From: an uncultured Gammaproteobacteria bacterium
Lineage (GTDB): Bacteria > Patescibacteriota > Patescibacteriia > UBA9570 > XYC2-FULL-38-9
Assembly (NCBI GenBank): GCA_964492735.1
Contig: CAZBLE010000006.1
Coordinates: 1-60,385 of the forward strand
DNA length: 60,385 bases
Direction: 5' to 3'
Position 1 is the first letter of the stretch, and each line of letters begins with the position of its first letter. The translations under genes were made by a program, and so were the position numbers. This document shows, piece after piece, positions 34,273-44,100 of this stretch. The notes under the pieces are model-generated. The model ran no database searches. It was not told the DNA's origin and worked only from the letters and a program-made list of their open reading frames with translations.

Positions 34273-35466
34273 TCAGCCTTTTTTATAGGTTCCGTTTGGT
34301 TGCAGTACAATCATCCCGCTGAGTTCTAGTTCAGCGAGTTCTACGTACAATTCGTCTGTTCCAAAGCCCGATGCTTCTTGTAGTTCTTCAATTGTGAGGG
34401 CTTGCAGGGGATTGTCAAAAGCCGCAAGAATTGGATGGAGTATTGGAGCGACTGAGGGTTCTGTGTGTGATTGTGACTGCGTGCCTGACTTTGCGTTGAT
34501 TTGTAATTGTTCGGCCACGTAGTCACGTAGTTGATTCATTGATGACAGCGGTCTGGTTCCAAGCTCAATGAGTTGATTGGTGCCAGCAGATTGTGGTGCG
34601 TATATTTGTCCTGGAACAGCAAAGACATCGCGATATTCTTCTGTGGCGAGGCGCGCGGTGATGAGTGATCCAGATTTTTCCGCAGCTTCAACAACAATGG
34701 TGAGCGTAGAGAGTCCGGCAATGATACGATTGCGTTCTGGAAAAAACTCTGGACGACACGGAGTGCTTGGTGGGTATTCTGATAACAGGAGTCCGCCGGC
34801 GTCGAGAATTTGCTTGGCGAGTCCTTTATGGCGCGGAGGTGTGATTTCTGAATCTGTAATCGGCGATCCGAGAACAGCAATGGTTGGTAAGTGATTTTCA
34901 AGCGCGGCTTCGTGCGCACGCGCATCAACGCCGAGCGCAAGTCCAGAAACGATCGTGCAATTAAAAAATTTCAGCGTACGGCCAATGTCATCAGTGACAT
35001 ATCTGCCGTAGTCTGAGATTTTTCGCGAACCAATAATGGAAACATTGAGGCTGCCGCGCGGTTGAAGGAGTTGGGTATTGCCCCGTGCATAGAGGAGTAT
35101 GGGTGGTTCATGAATCAGTCGCAACGCATCTGAATACCCTTGATCGCGTATACAGAGCAATTCAATTCCGCGTGCTCGCAGATCATGTACTTCAGTGCGG
35201 GCAGATGCAAGGTCAATTGCTTCTTTGCGTTTTTGTAGCGCTGAAATTGTTTTCTGGCTCAATCGATGCGTATATCGTACAAGATCTTTTCCAGAAAGTT
35301 CCCAGAGAGTTTTTGGGTCCGGTGTTTTTTTATATAGTCTCGCGAGAAGAGGGAGGTAGAGTGCGTATTGTTTTGCGAGGGCGTGGAAAAAAATATGATC
35401 GTCTTCAGAACAGTGGTGCATAAAAAATAAAAACACGTGCTCGCGATCACAGAGAGACGTGTCCAA
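34273..35466 (-). CDS. dprA: DNA-processing protein DprA/Smf
   Basis: IVSGLALGVDARAHEAAL, the Rossmann-like DprA core, and a C-terminal winged-helix-like tail. Confidence 0.85.
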   Translation of the reverse strand: MDTSLCDREHVFLFFMHHCSEDDHIFFHALAKQYALYLPLLARLYKKTPDPKTLWELSGKDLVRYTHRLSQKTISALQKRKEAIDLASARTEVHDLRARGIELLCIRDQGYSDALRLIHEPPILLYARGNTQLLQPRGSLNVSIIGSRKISDYGRYVTDDIGRTLKFFNCTIVSGLALGVDARAHEAALENHLPTIAVLGSPITDSEITPPRHKGLAKQILDAGGLLLSEYPPSTPCRPEFFPERNRIIAGLSTLTIVVEAAEKSGSLITARLATEEYRDVFAVPGQIYAPQSAGTNQLIELGTRPLSSMNQLRDYVAEQLQINAKSGTQSQSHTEPSVAPILHPILAAFDNPLQALTIEELQEASGFGTDELYVELAELELSGMIVLQPNGTYKKG

Positions 35467-35492
35467 GCGGACTATATCATATTTGAAAATCC

Positions 35493-35521
35493 TTGCCTAA
35501 TGACAAGTGATTTTATACACT
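35493..35521 (+). promoter_or_regulatory. Promoter TTGCCT-17 nt-TACACT, 6 nt upstream of the Nudix ATG (leaderless geometry)
   Basis: -35 at 35493-35498, -10 at 35516-35521, ATG at 35528. Confidence 0.5.
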
Positions 35522-35527
35522 GGTGGT

Positions 35528-36073
35528 ATGAAATCAACAAAACAAGAGAAACCAACGCAGATGCAAGAGTTAATGCAGCATTGTCCGCGATGTGGTAGCG
35601 CGCAGCTGAACATTCCAAACGAAAAAAATATGGAGTGTCTTGATTGTGGATTTGACCTGTATTGGAATCCAGTGTGCGCAACTGCTGTGATTGTACAGCG
35701 TGCAAATGGTGATATTTTATTAGTGAAGCGAGCAAAAGATCCAGCGAAAGGAACATGGGATTTGCCAGGTGGATTTGCGGATTTTGGTGAGAATTTTGAA
35801 GATGCGGCGCGGCGAGAAATTCAAGAAGAGCTCGGTATTACGCTTTCACATTTTGAATACCTTGGGTCATTTCCAAATGTGTATACATATAAAGATATCA
35901 GCTACCAAACGATCGATGTGGTATTGATTGCCGATGTGGGTGATGTTGAAATCGATCTTGAAACGGATGAGTTACTTGATTTTTCATGGCAAAATCCAAA
36001 AAACGTAGATCTTGAAACTGTTGGCCTTGTGTCTATCCAGGCCGCATTGAAGGTATATTGTCAGAATCTATGA
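35528..36073 (+). CDS. Nudix hydrolase with N-terminal zinc ribbon (NudC-like layout)
   Basis: CPRCGS...CLDCGF and the Nudix box GGFADFGENFEDAARREIQEELGI. Confidence 0.85.
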   Translation: MKSTKQEKPTQMQELMQHCPRCGSAQLNIPNEKNMECLDCGFDLYWNPVCATAVIVQRANGDILLVKRAKDPAKGTWDLPGGFADFGENFEDAARREIQEELGITLSHFEYLGSFPNVYTYKDISYQTIDVVLIADVGDVEIDLETDELLDFSWQNPKNVDLETVGLVSIQAALKVYCQNL

Positions 36074-37026
36074 GTATTGAAGCAAATCGTTTTGGAGTAC
36101 CTCAACGTGAATCATCACTTGATCACGAGGTGCATGCCTTGGTGAATGAGACAGAGGTGCAACAGCAGATTGAGAGCCTTACTCAGGCCGTGGATGATTT
36201 CTATATGAGCGTGCAAGAGTATTTTGATTTTGTAGAAAAAGAACCAGGCGCTGGCGCATATGCACGTCAGTTACTCGGTGTGGCACACGATCAAGCTGTA
36301 GAGATTTTACAAGACATTGAACGACTTCCTCAGCAAACAGTACTCTCCGACCCGACGGTAACAAAGCTGCATCGGATATATACCCTTGCAGTTGAAGCGC
36401 TTGAGCCACGTTTTATCGAATTGGTTGATCAGCAATTTCTTGAAGAAATTGATCAAGTGGAAAGCGCTGGAGATGATGTGATTTATTATTCTGCATATGA
36501 AGTAGTATCAGAGCGGCAGCGGGAAATTCTTGATAGATTGCAATCCGCTCGTCCTGAAGCAGAGCGGCGCGATGCAATACTTCGCGAGCTTGTTGAGATT
36601 CAAATAGAGAGTCAGATGGAGACAGCGAAAATACCAATGGCAGTGATTGATTGTGCAGCCGATGTGATTGCAGAAATGGAGTCTGTGGAATTTGACTACA
36701 CTACAGATCTAGCAGAATTGGACAAAATTCTCGCAGATCTTACTGGAATGGAACAATTGCCGAAACGATTGGATATATTGCGAGTGAGTCTACGCGCAGA
36801 AATGATGTATGCGGCGAGACTGTATAGTATTGGTGGTGAGATGGCACAAGAGCAACTAATGAGAATAAAGGGCATGTACCATTCTTTGGCTGATGAATAT
36901 CGAGCACTGCGTTTAGTAGAAGTTGCGCATATGTATGAAACGCGGGCGAATAATTTTCAAGCAATAGTTGAACTGATGGCTACTCACAAATCATTCTACG
37001 CAGGTCGTGTTGTCTCGCAGGCATAG
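36070..37026 (+). CDS. hypothetical acidic, all-helical protein (318 aa)
   Basis: ATGA overlap with the Nudix stop. No family recognised. Confidence 0.5.
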   Translation: MSIEANRFGVPQRESSLDHEVHALVNETEVQQQIESLTQAVDDFYMSVQEYFDFVEKEPGAGAYARQLLGVAHDQAVEILQDIERLPQQTVLSDPTVTKLHRIYTLAVEALEPRFIELVDQQFLEEIDQVESAGDDVIYYSAYEVVSERQREILDRLQSARPEAERRDAILRELVEIQIESQMETAKIPMAVIDCAADVIAEMESVEFDYTTDLAELDKILADLTGMEQLPKRLDILRVSLRAEMMYAARLYSIGGEMAQEQLMRIKGMYHSLADEYRALRLVEVAHMYETRANNFQAIVELMATHKSFYAGRVVSQA

Positions 37027-37071
37027 AAATGAGATTGCATTCAGATTCTATTTGCGTCATACTATGATCAT

Positions 37072-37893
37072 ATGACACGCGAACAGTTACAACAATATTA
37101 TCCAGATACCTACGTTTTTTTTCGCGAAATGTCAGACACGCATCCATTTTGGGTAGCGCTGTCGAAAGTGAGTTTACAACAAGTCCAAGCTGGACGAACG
37201 CTCCTTGCTGATCTCGAGCAAGTGTTTGCAGCACTGAAGGAAGTGGATGGGCATCATGTGTTCATTGATCGTATTTCAACCGTGACATCGCATGATGAAT
37301 TAATGGGGTTGTTGACGAAGCTCTATGTCGCATATTTGTATCGTGATCATGGTGCAGAATTAGTACATGGTGGTGATCATGGATTTGACATTGAAGTAAC
37401 GATTGCAGATCAGTTGATTGCGCTTGGTGTTGTGTCGTTCCATTCGTTTGATTCATTGACTGATCAATTTTCTCGAGTGGTCCACGATGAGATTGTGCAT
37501 TTAAAAGATCGTGCAGATATTCATGCGCGAGCGGGTAGTGATGATGAGGGTGTTCCGGTGCGTGACGCAGAGGTTGTTGGTGAGAAGCGCGCACAGCAAG
37601 CGCAGACACCAGCAGAGTTTATTGATGAACTAGAGCGCTATAGCAAAACAGTGAAAGATCATACTGGAGCACATCATCAAATTGTGACATCAGTGTCACC
37701 GAGTGCCATTTTGCCAAAACAGGCGGCGCTGGCACATTATATTGACAACAGTCATGACGATCTCGCAAAGCGTTTTCCAATGATTGCTGGGGTGTTGTTG
37801 GTTGATCCACGACCAGGAGTAGAAAAAGCTTCCTTTTTGCCGTTTCATGTTGGTGGGGAGTATTTGCAAGAATTATTGGACAAGACAGATTAG
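37072..37893 (+). CDS. hypothetical protein (273 aa)
   Basis: Long ORF on the same strand. No family recognised. Confidence 0.5.
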   Translation: MTREQLQQYYPDTYVFFREMSDTHPFWVALSKVSLQQVQAGRTLLADLEQVFAALKEVDGHHVFIDRISTVTSHDELMGLLTKLYVAYLYRDHGAELVHGGDHGFDIEVTIADQLIALGVVSFHSFDSLTDQFSRVVHDEIVHLKDRADIHARAGSDDEGVPVRDAEVVGEKRAQQAQTPAEFIDELERYSKTVKDHTGAHHQIVTSVSPSAILPKQAALAHYIDNSHDDLAKRFPMIAGVLLVDPRPGVEKASFLPFHVGGEYLQELLDKTD

Positions 37894-37911
37894 GCGTTGT
37901 AGATTTGCGCC

Positions 37912-39009
37912 ATGAATTTGACGATAGAACAACAACAGGTTCGTGAATTGCGGCGGATTGTCCGCTCACATGGTTTTCAGTTATTTGGAATGATGCCACT
38001 GGGAGAGAGTCAGACATTTTCGCATTTGGTTGAGTGGCTTGATGAAGGAATGGAAGGTTCGATGGAGTGGATGGCTCGAGAAGATGCTGTTGAGAAACGA
38101 GCACTTCCGGAAAGGATTTTACCAGGAGCACGCAGCGTGATGACATTGGCGTTTTCCTATGCGACACGCGAGCCAATTCCAGATGCGCTCTTGAACGATC
38201 CATCGCGAGGTGTGATTGCACGGTATGCGCTGTACGATGATTATCATGATGTTGTAAAGAAAAAATTGATTGCGATTGGAAGAGAGGTGTCTGAGTGGGC
38301 GCGTGAACAGGGGCTGGCGACTGATATCAATTGGAAGGCCTATGTTGATGCTGGTCCATTTTTGGAACGCGAATGGGCACAGCGCGCAGGGCTTGGGTTT
38401 ATTGGTCGCAATGCCAATTTGATTAATGTGACGCTCGGGTCGTATTTATTTTTGTCAGAAATTTTATTTACTGTTGATTTGCCTGAAGTGAAGCAAGATC
38501 TGCGCGGGTCGTGTGCGCGGTGCACAAATTGTGTTGGCAAGTGTCCGACAGGTGCGATTGTCGCGGATAAAACGATCGATGCCCGCAAATGTATTTCATA
38601 TCAGACAATTGAACAGAAAGGGAGTATTCCAGAATGGATTCGCCCCTTAATGGGCAATCGGATTTATGGGTGTGATATTTGCCAAGAAGTCTGCCCGTGG
38701 AATAAGAATCGGAAGGTTGAAACAGCGAGTGATTTTCAGGTGCGCGAGGATTTAGTTGCCCCAAAATTTGAGACGCTGTTGTTTTTTGATGATGAGAGTT
38801 TTGCACAGCGGTTTCGCAAGTCACCGATTAAACGGGCAAAAAGGGAAGGGTTGATGCGTAATGTGGCGGTTGGGCTAGGGAATTGGGCAGCGCACGTTGA
38901 TCGAGATGATGCAGTAGAAGCTGTTCGATTATTGGAGTTAATGAAACGGAATGAATCTTCCGCGTTGGTGCAGGAGCATATTGATTGGGCGCTTGCGCAA
39001 GTGAGATAG
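37912..39009 (+). CDS. queG: tRNA epoxyqueuosine(34) reductase QueG
   Basis: CARCTNCVGKCPTGAI and CDICQEVCPWNK 4Fe-4S motifs, plus a C-terminal HEAT-like tail. Confidence 0.85.
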   Translation: MNLTIEQQQVRELRRIVRSHGFQLFGMMPLGESQTFSHLVEWLDEGMEGSMEWMAREDAVEKRALPERILPGARSVMTLAFSYATREPIPDALLNDPSRGVIARYALYDDYHDVVKKKLIAIGREVSEWAREQGLATDINWKAYVDAGPFLEREWAQRAGLGFIGRNANLINVTLGSYLFLSEILFTVDLPEVKQDLRGSCARCTNCVGKCPTGAIVADKTIDARKCISYQTIEQKGSIPEWIRPLMGNRIYGCDICQEVCPWNKNRKVETASDFQVREDLVAPKFETLLFFDDESFAQRFRKSPIKRAKREGLMRNVAVGLGNWAAHVDRDDAVEAVRLLELMKRNESSALVQEHIDWALAQVR

Positions 39010-39092
39010 CGGTAGATAGTTGCAAAACAAACTGTTTTTTAGTAGGCTCATTTCGTCTGCTGGGGATGAACCTTGGCGACACTGGAGGGCCC

Positions 39093-39272
39093 ATGGCCCG
39101 AGGTTGGAGAGAAAATTCCCGCGGCGCAAAGCGCCGCAAGCCGTGCAAGAGGAAGTCCGCCGTGCGGGGCCGCCGTGCGCGCCACTTCAAGAAGACCAAG
39201 GCTGCTCCTCAGCCCACGAGGAGGCAGTACGAGCAGCCTCGGTGCAATGATTATGGGGACTGGGGCATGTGA
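39093..39272 (+). CDS. 59-codon highly basic ORF inside GC-rich island 1
   Basis: A GGAGGG Shine-Dalgarno sequence lies 3 nt before the ATG. Sequence: MARGWRENSRGAKRRKPCKRKSAVRGRRARHFKKTKAAPQPTRRQYEQPRCNDYGDWGM. Several frames are open here because of the high GC, so whether it is coding remains uncertain. Confidence 0.4.
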   Translation: MARGWRENSRGAKRRKPCKRKSAVRGRRARHFKKTKAAPQPTRRQYEQPRCNDYGDWGM

Positions 39273-39342
39273 CCCCAGTCACCGGCCGAGACGACGATGC
39301 CCTGCATTGTCGTCTCACGTTGTTCAGAGTTCATAATAGATT

Positions 39343-39891
39343 ATGACCTGCGAACAATGGTATGCTTATATCATGCAAACACACGGCACATCTCCACAAT
39401 CGAGTCGTTTTTCACAAATGCTCTACACAAGCATTGGAGTGGTGTACGCTTTGTACACATACGCATTTTTTGCAGTATTTTCACATAATCGATTCATGGA
39501 GTTGGGGAGTGGTATTTATTGGACTGTAGAAATCATATTTCTACTCAGTATATGCGTTCGCTTGTTTATACGTCGCAGTACTATCGCAGAAGAAACCCGT
39601 ATCCTTATGTTCAATATTGGATTTCGGTATCTTGGTATTTTTGTACTGACCCTTCTGCCAATGTTCGCTACGAGTATTTTTTCTAGTGGTGTGTTGTTTG
39701 ATTTTTTTAACCACCTTGGAGAAAGTTTGGCGCTGACACTTGTGAAAGCATTAATTGATCTTTTTGTGCTGAGTGGTATTTTGATTATCTGGTCATTGAT
39801 AGAATCAATTATTCGACGTTTATTTATAAAGCGCATTGATAGCCATTCTTCGCACGATCAGGATGATTATTTCGATGGCGTATATTCGTAA
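39343..39891 (+). CDS. hypothetical multi-pass membrane protein
   Basis: Four or five hydrophobic segments. The start is uncertain (39343, 39373 or 39418). Confidence 0.5.
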   Translation: MTCEQWYAYIMQTHGTSPQSSRFSQMLYTSIGVVYALYTYAFFAVFSHNRFMELGSGIYWTVEIIFLLSICVRLFIRRSTIAEETRILMFNIGFRYLGIFVLTLLPMFATSIFSSGVLFDFFNHLGESLALTLVKALIDLFVLSGILIIWSLIESIIRRLFIKRIDSHSSHDQDDYFDGVYS

Positions 39892-39940
39892 ATAAGCAAT
39901 ATGTGCTACACTTATTCTAAGTAAGTAATAATATGAAACT

Positions 39941-40741
39941 ATGAAAAAAATACAATTTATAACAGCATTATTCGTATCATTCGGTCTCGTCAGTGCAGTT
40001 TCGTTTGTTCCGGCGTCAGTCCTCGCTTCAAAAGGTGAAAGTGAAACGGAGGTTGAAGTTGAGGTAGAAAAAACTGAGAAACCTGAAAAGGTGGAAAAAT
40101 CGCACAAGGTTGAAATTGATGGAGATGGTATTGATAATGATAGTGATGGAAAAACAGATGAGGTGAATACTGGTGCGTATACAGAACATGAAACAGAAGA
40201 TGTGGAAGATGAAGATCGGTTTGATGAACTCGTATCTACATTTGAAGGAGAGGCGAAAGGAAAGGTAAAAGTCAAATTTAAAGATGGAAGTGTTTTTGAA
40301 CACCGTATTTTTACAAATGCAACAGCAGAAAAAGATACAACGCTTGAACAGTTGAAAGGAAGTGGGTTGTTATTAGCGGTACGTGGAAATGGAAAAACAA
40401 TCGCAGCGGTGAATCCATATACAGGAAAAAAAGTAGACACTGCAAAACTCTCACTTGCACGCACTTTTGGAAAACACACAGTGAAACAGACGGACTTTTT
40501 AGAAAATGGAAGTGATGAAGTATTGGTCGTGTCGTCGAATCAAAAAAGTGTGGTGCATCTGACGTTATTGCGTTTTAATGCGACAGATGATTCGTTTGAT
40601 GTATTGAGTCGAAAAACAGTTTTTTCTGTGAACGCTGCTCCAAAGAAAACAACGGTGACAAAAGATAGTATTACACTCAAAAATGCAAAAGGAAAAGCCG
40701 TCAAAACATTGACAGTGAATGAGTATTACAAAATGCGGTAG
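39941..40741 (+). CDS. hypothetical secreted protein with acidic E/K/V-rich N-terminal region
   Basis: Signal peptide MKKIQFITALFVSFGLVSAVSFVPASVLA followed by ESETEVEVEVEKTEKPEKVEK. Confidence 0.6.
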   Translation: MKKIQFITALFVSFGLVSAVSFVPASVLASKGESETEVEVEVEKTEKPEKVEKSHKVEIDGDGIDNDSDGKTDEVNTGAYTEHETEDVEDEDRFDELVSTFEGEAKGKVKVKFKDGSVFEHRIFTNATAEKDTTLEQLKGSGLLLAVRGNGKTIAAVNPYTGKKVDTAKLSLARTFGKHTVKQTDFLENGSDEVLVVSSNQKSVVHLTLLRFNATDDSFDVLSRKTVFSVNAAPKKTTVTKDSITLKNAKGKAVKTLTVNEYYKMR

Positions 40742-40827
40742 TTATTGATACGGACTTGCGGAAAAAGTGATTTTTTTGTAGGATTTTTGTAATCCAATCG
40801 ACATGGTGTCGATGGACAGGAGGTGTC

Positions 40828-41007
40828 ATGAAGAAGCGGAAGAATGGCGGTCGTGGTCATCACCACGGAGCCAACAGCAAGAAGCAGCAGCGCCCACTGT
40901 CTGCTACGACAGGCTATGCGACGAAGCCCGGCAAGTCTGCCGGGCTTCAACCTGACCCCAAGGAGAGGGGACGCACGAAGAAGTACGTCGCCCCGCCCAA
41001 GAAGTAG
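40828..41007 (+). CDS. 59-codon highly basic ORF inside GC-rich island 2
   Basis: An AGGAGG Shine-Dalgarno sequence lies 5 nt before the ATG. Sequence: MKKRKNGGRGHHHGANSKKQQRPLSATTGYATKPGKSAGLQPDPKERGRTKKYVAPPKK. A GC-rich hairpin plus T6 follows. Confidence 0.45.
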   Translation: MKKRKNGGRGHHHGANSKKQQRPLSATTGYATKPGKSAGLQPDPKERGRTKKYVAPPKK

Positions 41008-41024
41008 AGGCGGCGCGTTTTTTA
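40985..41024 (+). terminator. GC-rich hairpin plus T6 run after the island-2 small ORF
   Basis: ACG(T)CGCC...GGCGGCGCGT is an imperfect stem spanning the stop codon, followed by TTTTTT at 41018-41023. Confidence 0.55.
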
Positions 41025-41130
41025 GGGTGGGTTGAGCATCGCTCGATCCGCCCGCTCCCAGTCCACAGCAGTTTTTCTCAAGCGGAAAAACAATTGTGAA
41101 TTGAGGGTAGAAAAAGCTAGCACATCTGCA

Positions 41131-44100
41131 TTAGAGAGTGCAGAGTGTAATAATTTCTTTGAGTTTCGTGAGCCATTGATCACCGAGTTGATCTAAGCGT
41201 GCGCGGGCTTTAAACGCCATGTGCGAGCGTTCGTAGATCCGCTCCCATTCGGGCGGAAGATCAGGTAGTGCTTCAGAAGTGGTGATCGTGATTCGCTCGC
41301 TTGCCAGACGGTTACTCGCAGTCGGATAGTCGGTGCTAATCGAAACCAATGTTGACCGACTCGCCAGAATTTTAATTTCAAGCAGTTGCATCAGCCCAGT
41401 AATTTCCGGAATCAACACATCACCGTTCCATAATAATTCATATTTCATGAGATCTGCTCGTGCATCTGATAATTCAGAGAGGTCTGCGCAATTCGCAAGT
41501 TGTTGATACAGCTGAATGCGCTCAGCAGTGTCCGGAATCAGATCTTCTGGAATGCGACCTTCAATGGGGAGGTCAATATTGACTTCTCGAATTGGTTCGA
41601 GATTTTTGCCTTGGAGCTGTTGCACGGCAGTGTTGAGTAACCGAACATAGAGGTGCAGGCCAATTTTACTGGCGTGGCCATGTTGCGCTTTCCCGAGCAT
41701 ATTTCCAACACCACGAATTTCCATGTCGCGCATCGCAAGCTCAAAGCCGTCGCCAAGTCCGCTCGCTGCTTGCAGTGCAAGAAAGCGTTCTTTCACATCA
41801 CCGGCGAGTTGTTGTTCTTTATAGAGAAAATAGGCATACCCTTGCTCGCGCGCGCGACCAACGCGACCTTTTAGCTGATAGAGTTCCGCAAGTCCGAACA
41901 TCGCAGCATTTTCAACAATGATCGTGTTTGCACTCGCAACATCAAGTCCATTTTCAACAATACTACTGGCGAGTAAGACATCGATCTGGCCAGTGTCGAA
42001 TGCATGCATTACTTCAGACAAGGCCTTTGGTTGCATTTGGCCGTGCGCAATAGAAATGCGCACATCTTCGCCAAGTAATGCTTGTAGCTCTAACTTGCGA
42101 CGTTCAATTGATTGGACACGATTATAGACATAATACACTTGGCCGCCACGAGCCCGTTCGCGAGCAACAGCTTCTTGGATCACTTCTGTGTTGAGCGGAA
42201 CAATACTGAGCTCAACGGCTTTGCGCGCTGCTGGGGGAGTTAAGATTGTGCTAATAGCGCGCACACCAGATAACGACAAGTGTAAGGTTCGCGGAATTGG
42301 TGTCGCGGTCATGGTGAGTACATGGGCACTTGATCGTAAACTAGTGAGTGTTTCTTTCGCTTTCACACCAAAGCGTTGCTCTTCATCGATTACAATCAAT
42401 CCGAGTTTTTTAAATTGTACGTCAGAGCTAAAAATCCGATGCGTCCCCACAACAATATCAACACTACCGGCTGCGATCTTCGCGATTGTATCTTTTTGCT
42501 CGGCAGGAGATTGAAAGCGAGAGAGCGCGCCGACAGAAACACCAAGTTCCTTGAAGCGTTCAGTAAAGGTATCAAAATGTTGTTGTGTCAAAATAGTTGT
42601 TGGAGCAAGAACAGCCACTTGGTAGCCATTGAGCACTGCTCGATATGCTGCACGTAGCGCAACTTCAGTTTTTCCAAACCCAACATCACCACACAGCAGA
42701 CGATCCATCGGTTGGTCTTTCATCATGTCATCAAAGATATTTTGCAACGCATCACGCTGGTCAACAGTTAGGTCATACGGACACGCATCATCAAGATGCT
42801 GCTCTTCTTTTTGGGGAAGCATGTGGTGCGCTGTTGCGGTTGTGCGCCTTGCATAGACATCAAGCAATTCTTGTGCAACTTTTGCGACATCTTCTTGCAC
42901 TGCAACGAGCGCTGTATTCCAACTCGCGCCAGACAGTTTTTGTAGTTCAGGATGTTCACCGCCAATGTATTTATCAATACGATCAGCCAGTTCAATTGGT
43001 ACATAAATTTTATCGCGACCCGCATATTCGAGAACAAAATACTCACGATCAATGTCATTGATTGTTTGCATGCTCATGCCGCCAAACCGAGCAATCCCAT
43101 GATGCGTATGAACAACGTAATCGCCAGGTTTTAATTGTTGCATTAAGGCACGCTGTAATTTTTTACTGGCCTTTTTTTGTCGTTGCTCAATAAAGCCAAT
43201 GTCTGCATCAGTGAGACACATGAATGAGTGAGTCGGATTAGTTGAAACAAATCCACGGCCAATGGTTTCTAGTTCAGATACTTGAATGTGCGCTGCAAGA
43301 GTTCCTTCTTCATGAGTAATAAATTGTGTGAGCGCGCCAGCATCGGCTGTAAAAAAGACAACTTCAGTTGTGGTTGCAATATCTTTTAATAAGTCATCGC
43401 GCCTCAGATGGTACGATTTTGGCAGAATATATGGCGCATTTTCAGCCGGTGTTTTTGGACCATCTGCAGAAGGGAGGATGTTTGCGTGGATGATCTGTTG
43501 TGGTTCGTGCGTAGCGCAGGCTGCTTCAGGGAGTTCAGTGTCAAAAAGCAACACAGTGCGAAAGGCTGGAATGTATTCGTAGAAATTGCTGCGACCGCGT
43601 GCGTTTTGTGGGGCAACGAGCACAGGAGTGTCAATTTTTTCTACAACAGAAAAATCATCACCCGATAGCACAGATACATGTTCAATCGTATCGCCAAAGA
43701 ATGACACACGATAGGGTTTGTCTGTATGAATATCTAAAATATCGCCACGCAACGCAAACGTTGCCGGACGACTTGCTGTTTGGTCTCGTTCAAAGCCCAT
43801 GTCTGTCAGCTTTTCTCGCAGCTCAGCCAGTGGAATTATTTCATCTGTGGCAAAGCGGAGGGTTTGCCGTTCAAGGATTGATGGTGCTGGTAGCAGTGCT
43901 GTTTCGATTGTTTTACTGTCTGCGATGACAATGTCGTATTGTAATAATTGAGGAAGAAGGTGAATTTGACCATTCCATTCAAGAATACGCGGGGCTGCAT
44001 TTTTTTTGTGGAAGTGGGGAAGACTTGTAGTGAGAATGCGTCGGTCTGTCGGATGCGCCACAATCACAAATAACCCTTTTTCAAAAAGGGTGGGGGTTGT

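Noticed and set aside
39148-39165. GAGGAAGTCCGCC resembles the RNase P RNA CR-I block (GAGGAAAGTCCGGGC).
   Set aside because: None of the other universally conserved RNase P blocks is present nearby, for example AGGGTGAAA or the ACAGAA...CCGGCTTA P4 partner. The GC-rich segment is also too short.
39062-39398. Possible tmRNA (ssrA). The 5' sequence GGGGATGAACCTTGGCGACACTGG resembles the tmRNA 5' end (GGGGCUGAUUCUGGAUUCGACGGG), and a matching CATCTCCAC lies about 335 nt downstream.
   Set aside because: There is no T-arm (GGTTCGAATCC-like stem-loop) before the putative 3' acceptor strand. The 3' end reads CACAA rather than CCA-compatible context. There is no plausible resume codon or Ala-rich tag reading frame, and the 3' part lies inside a likely membrane-protein ORF.
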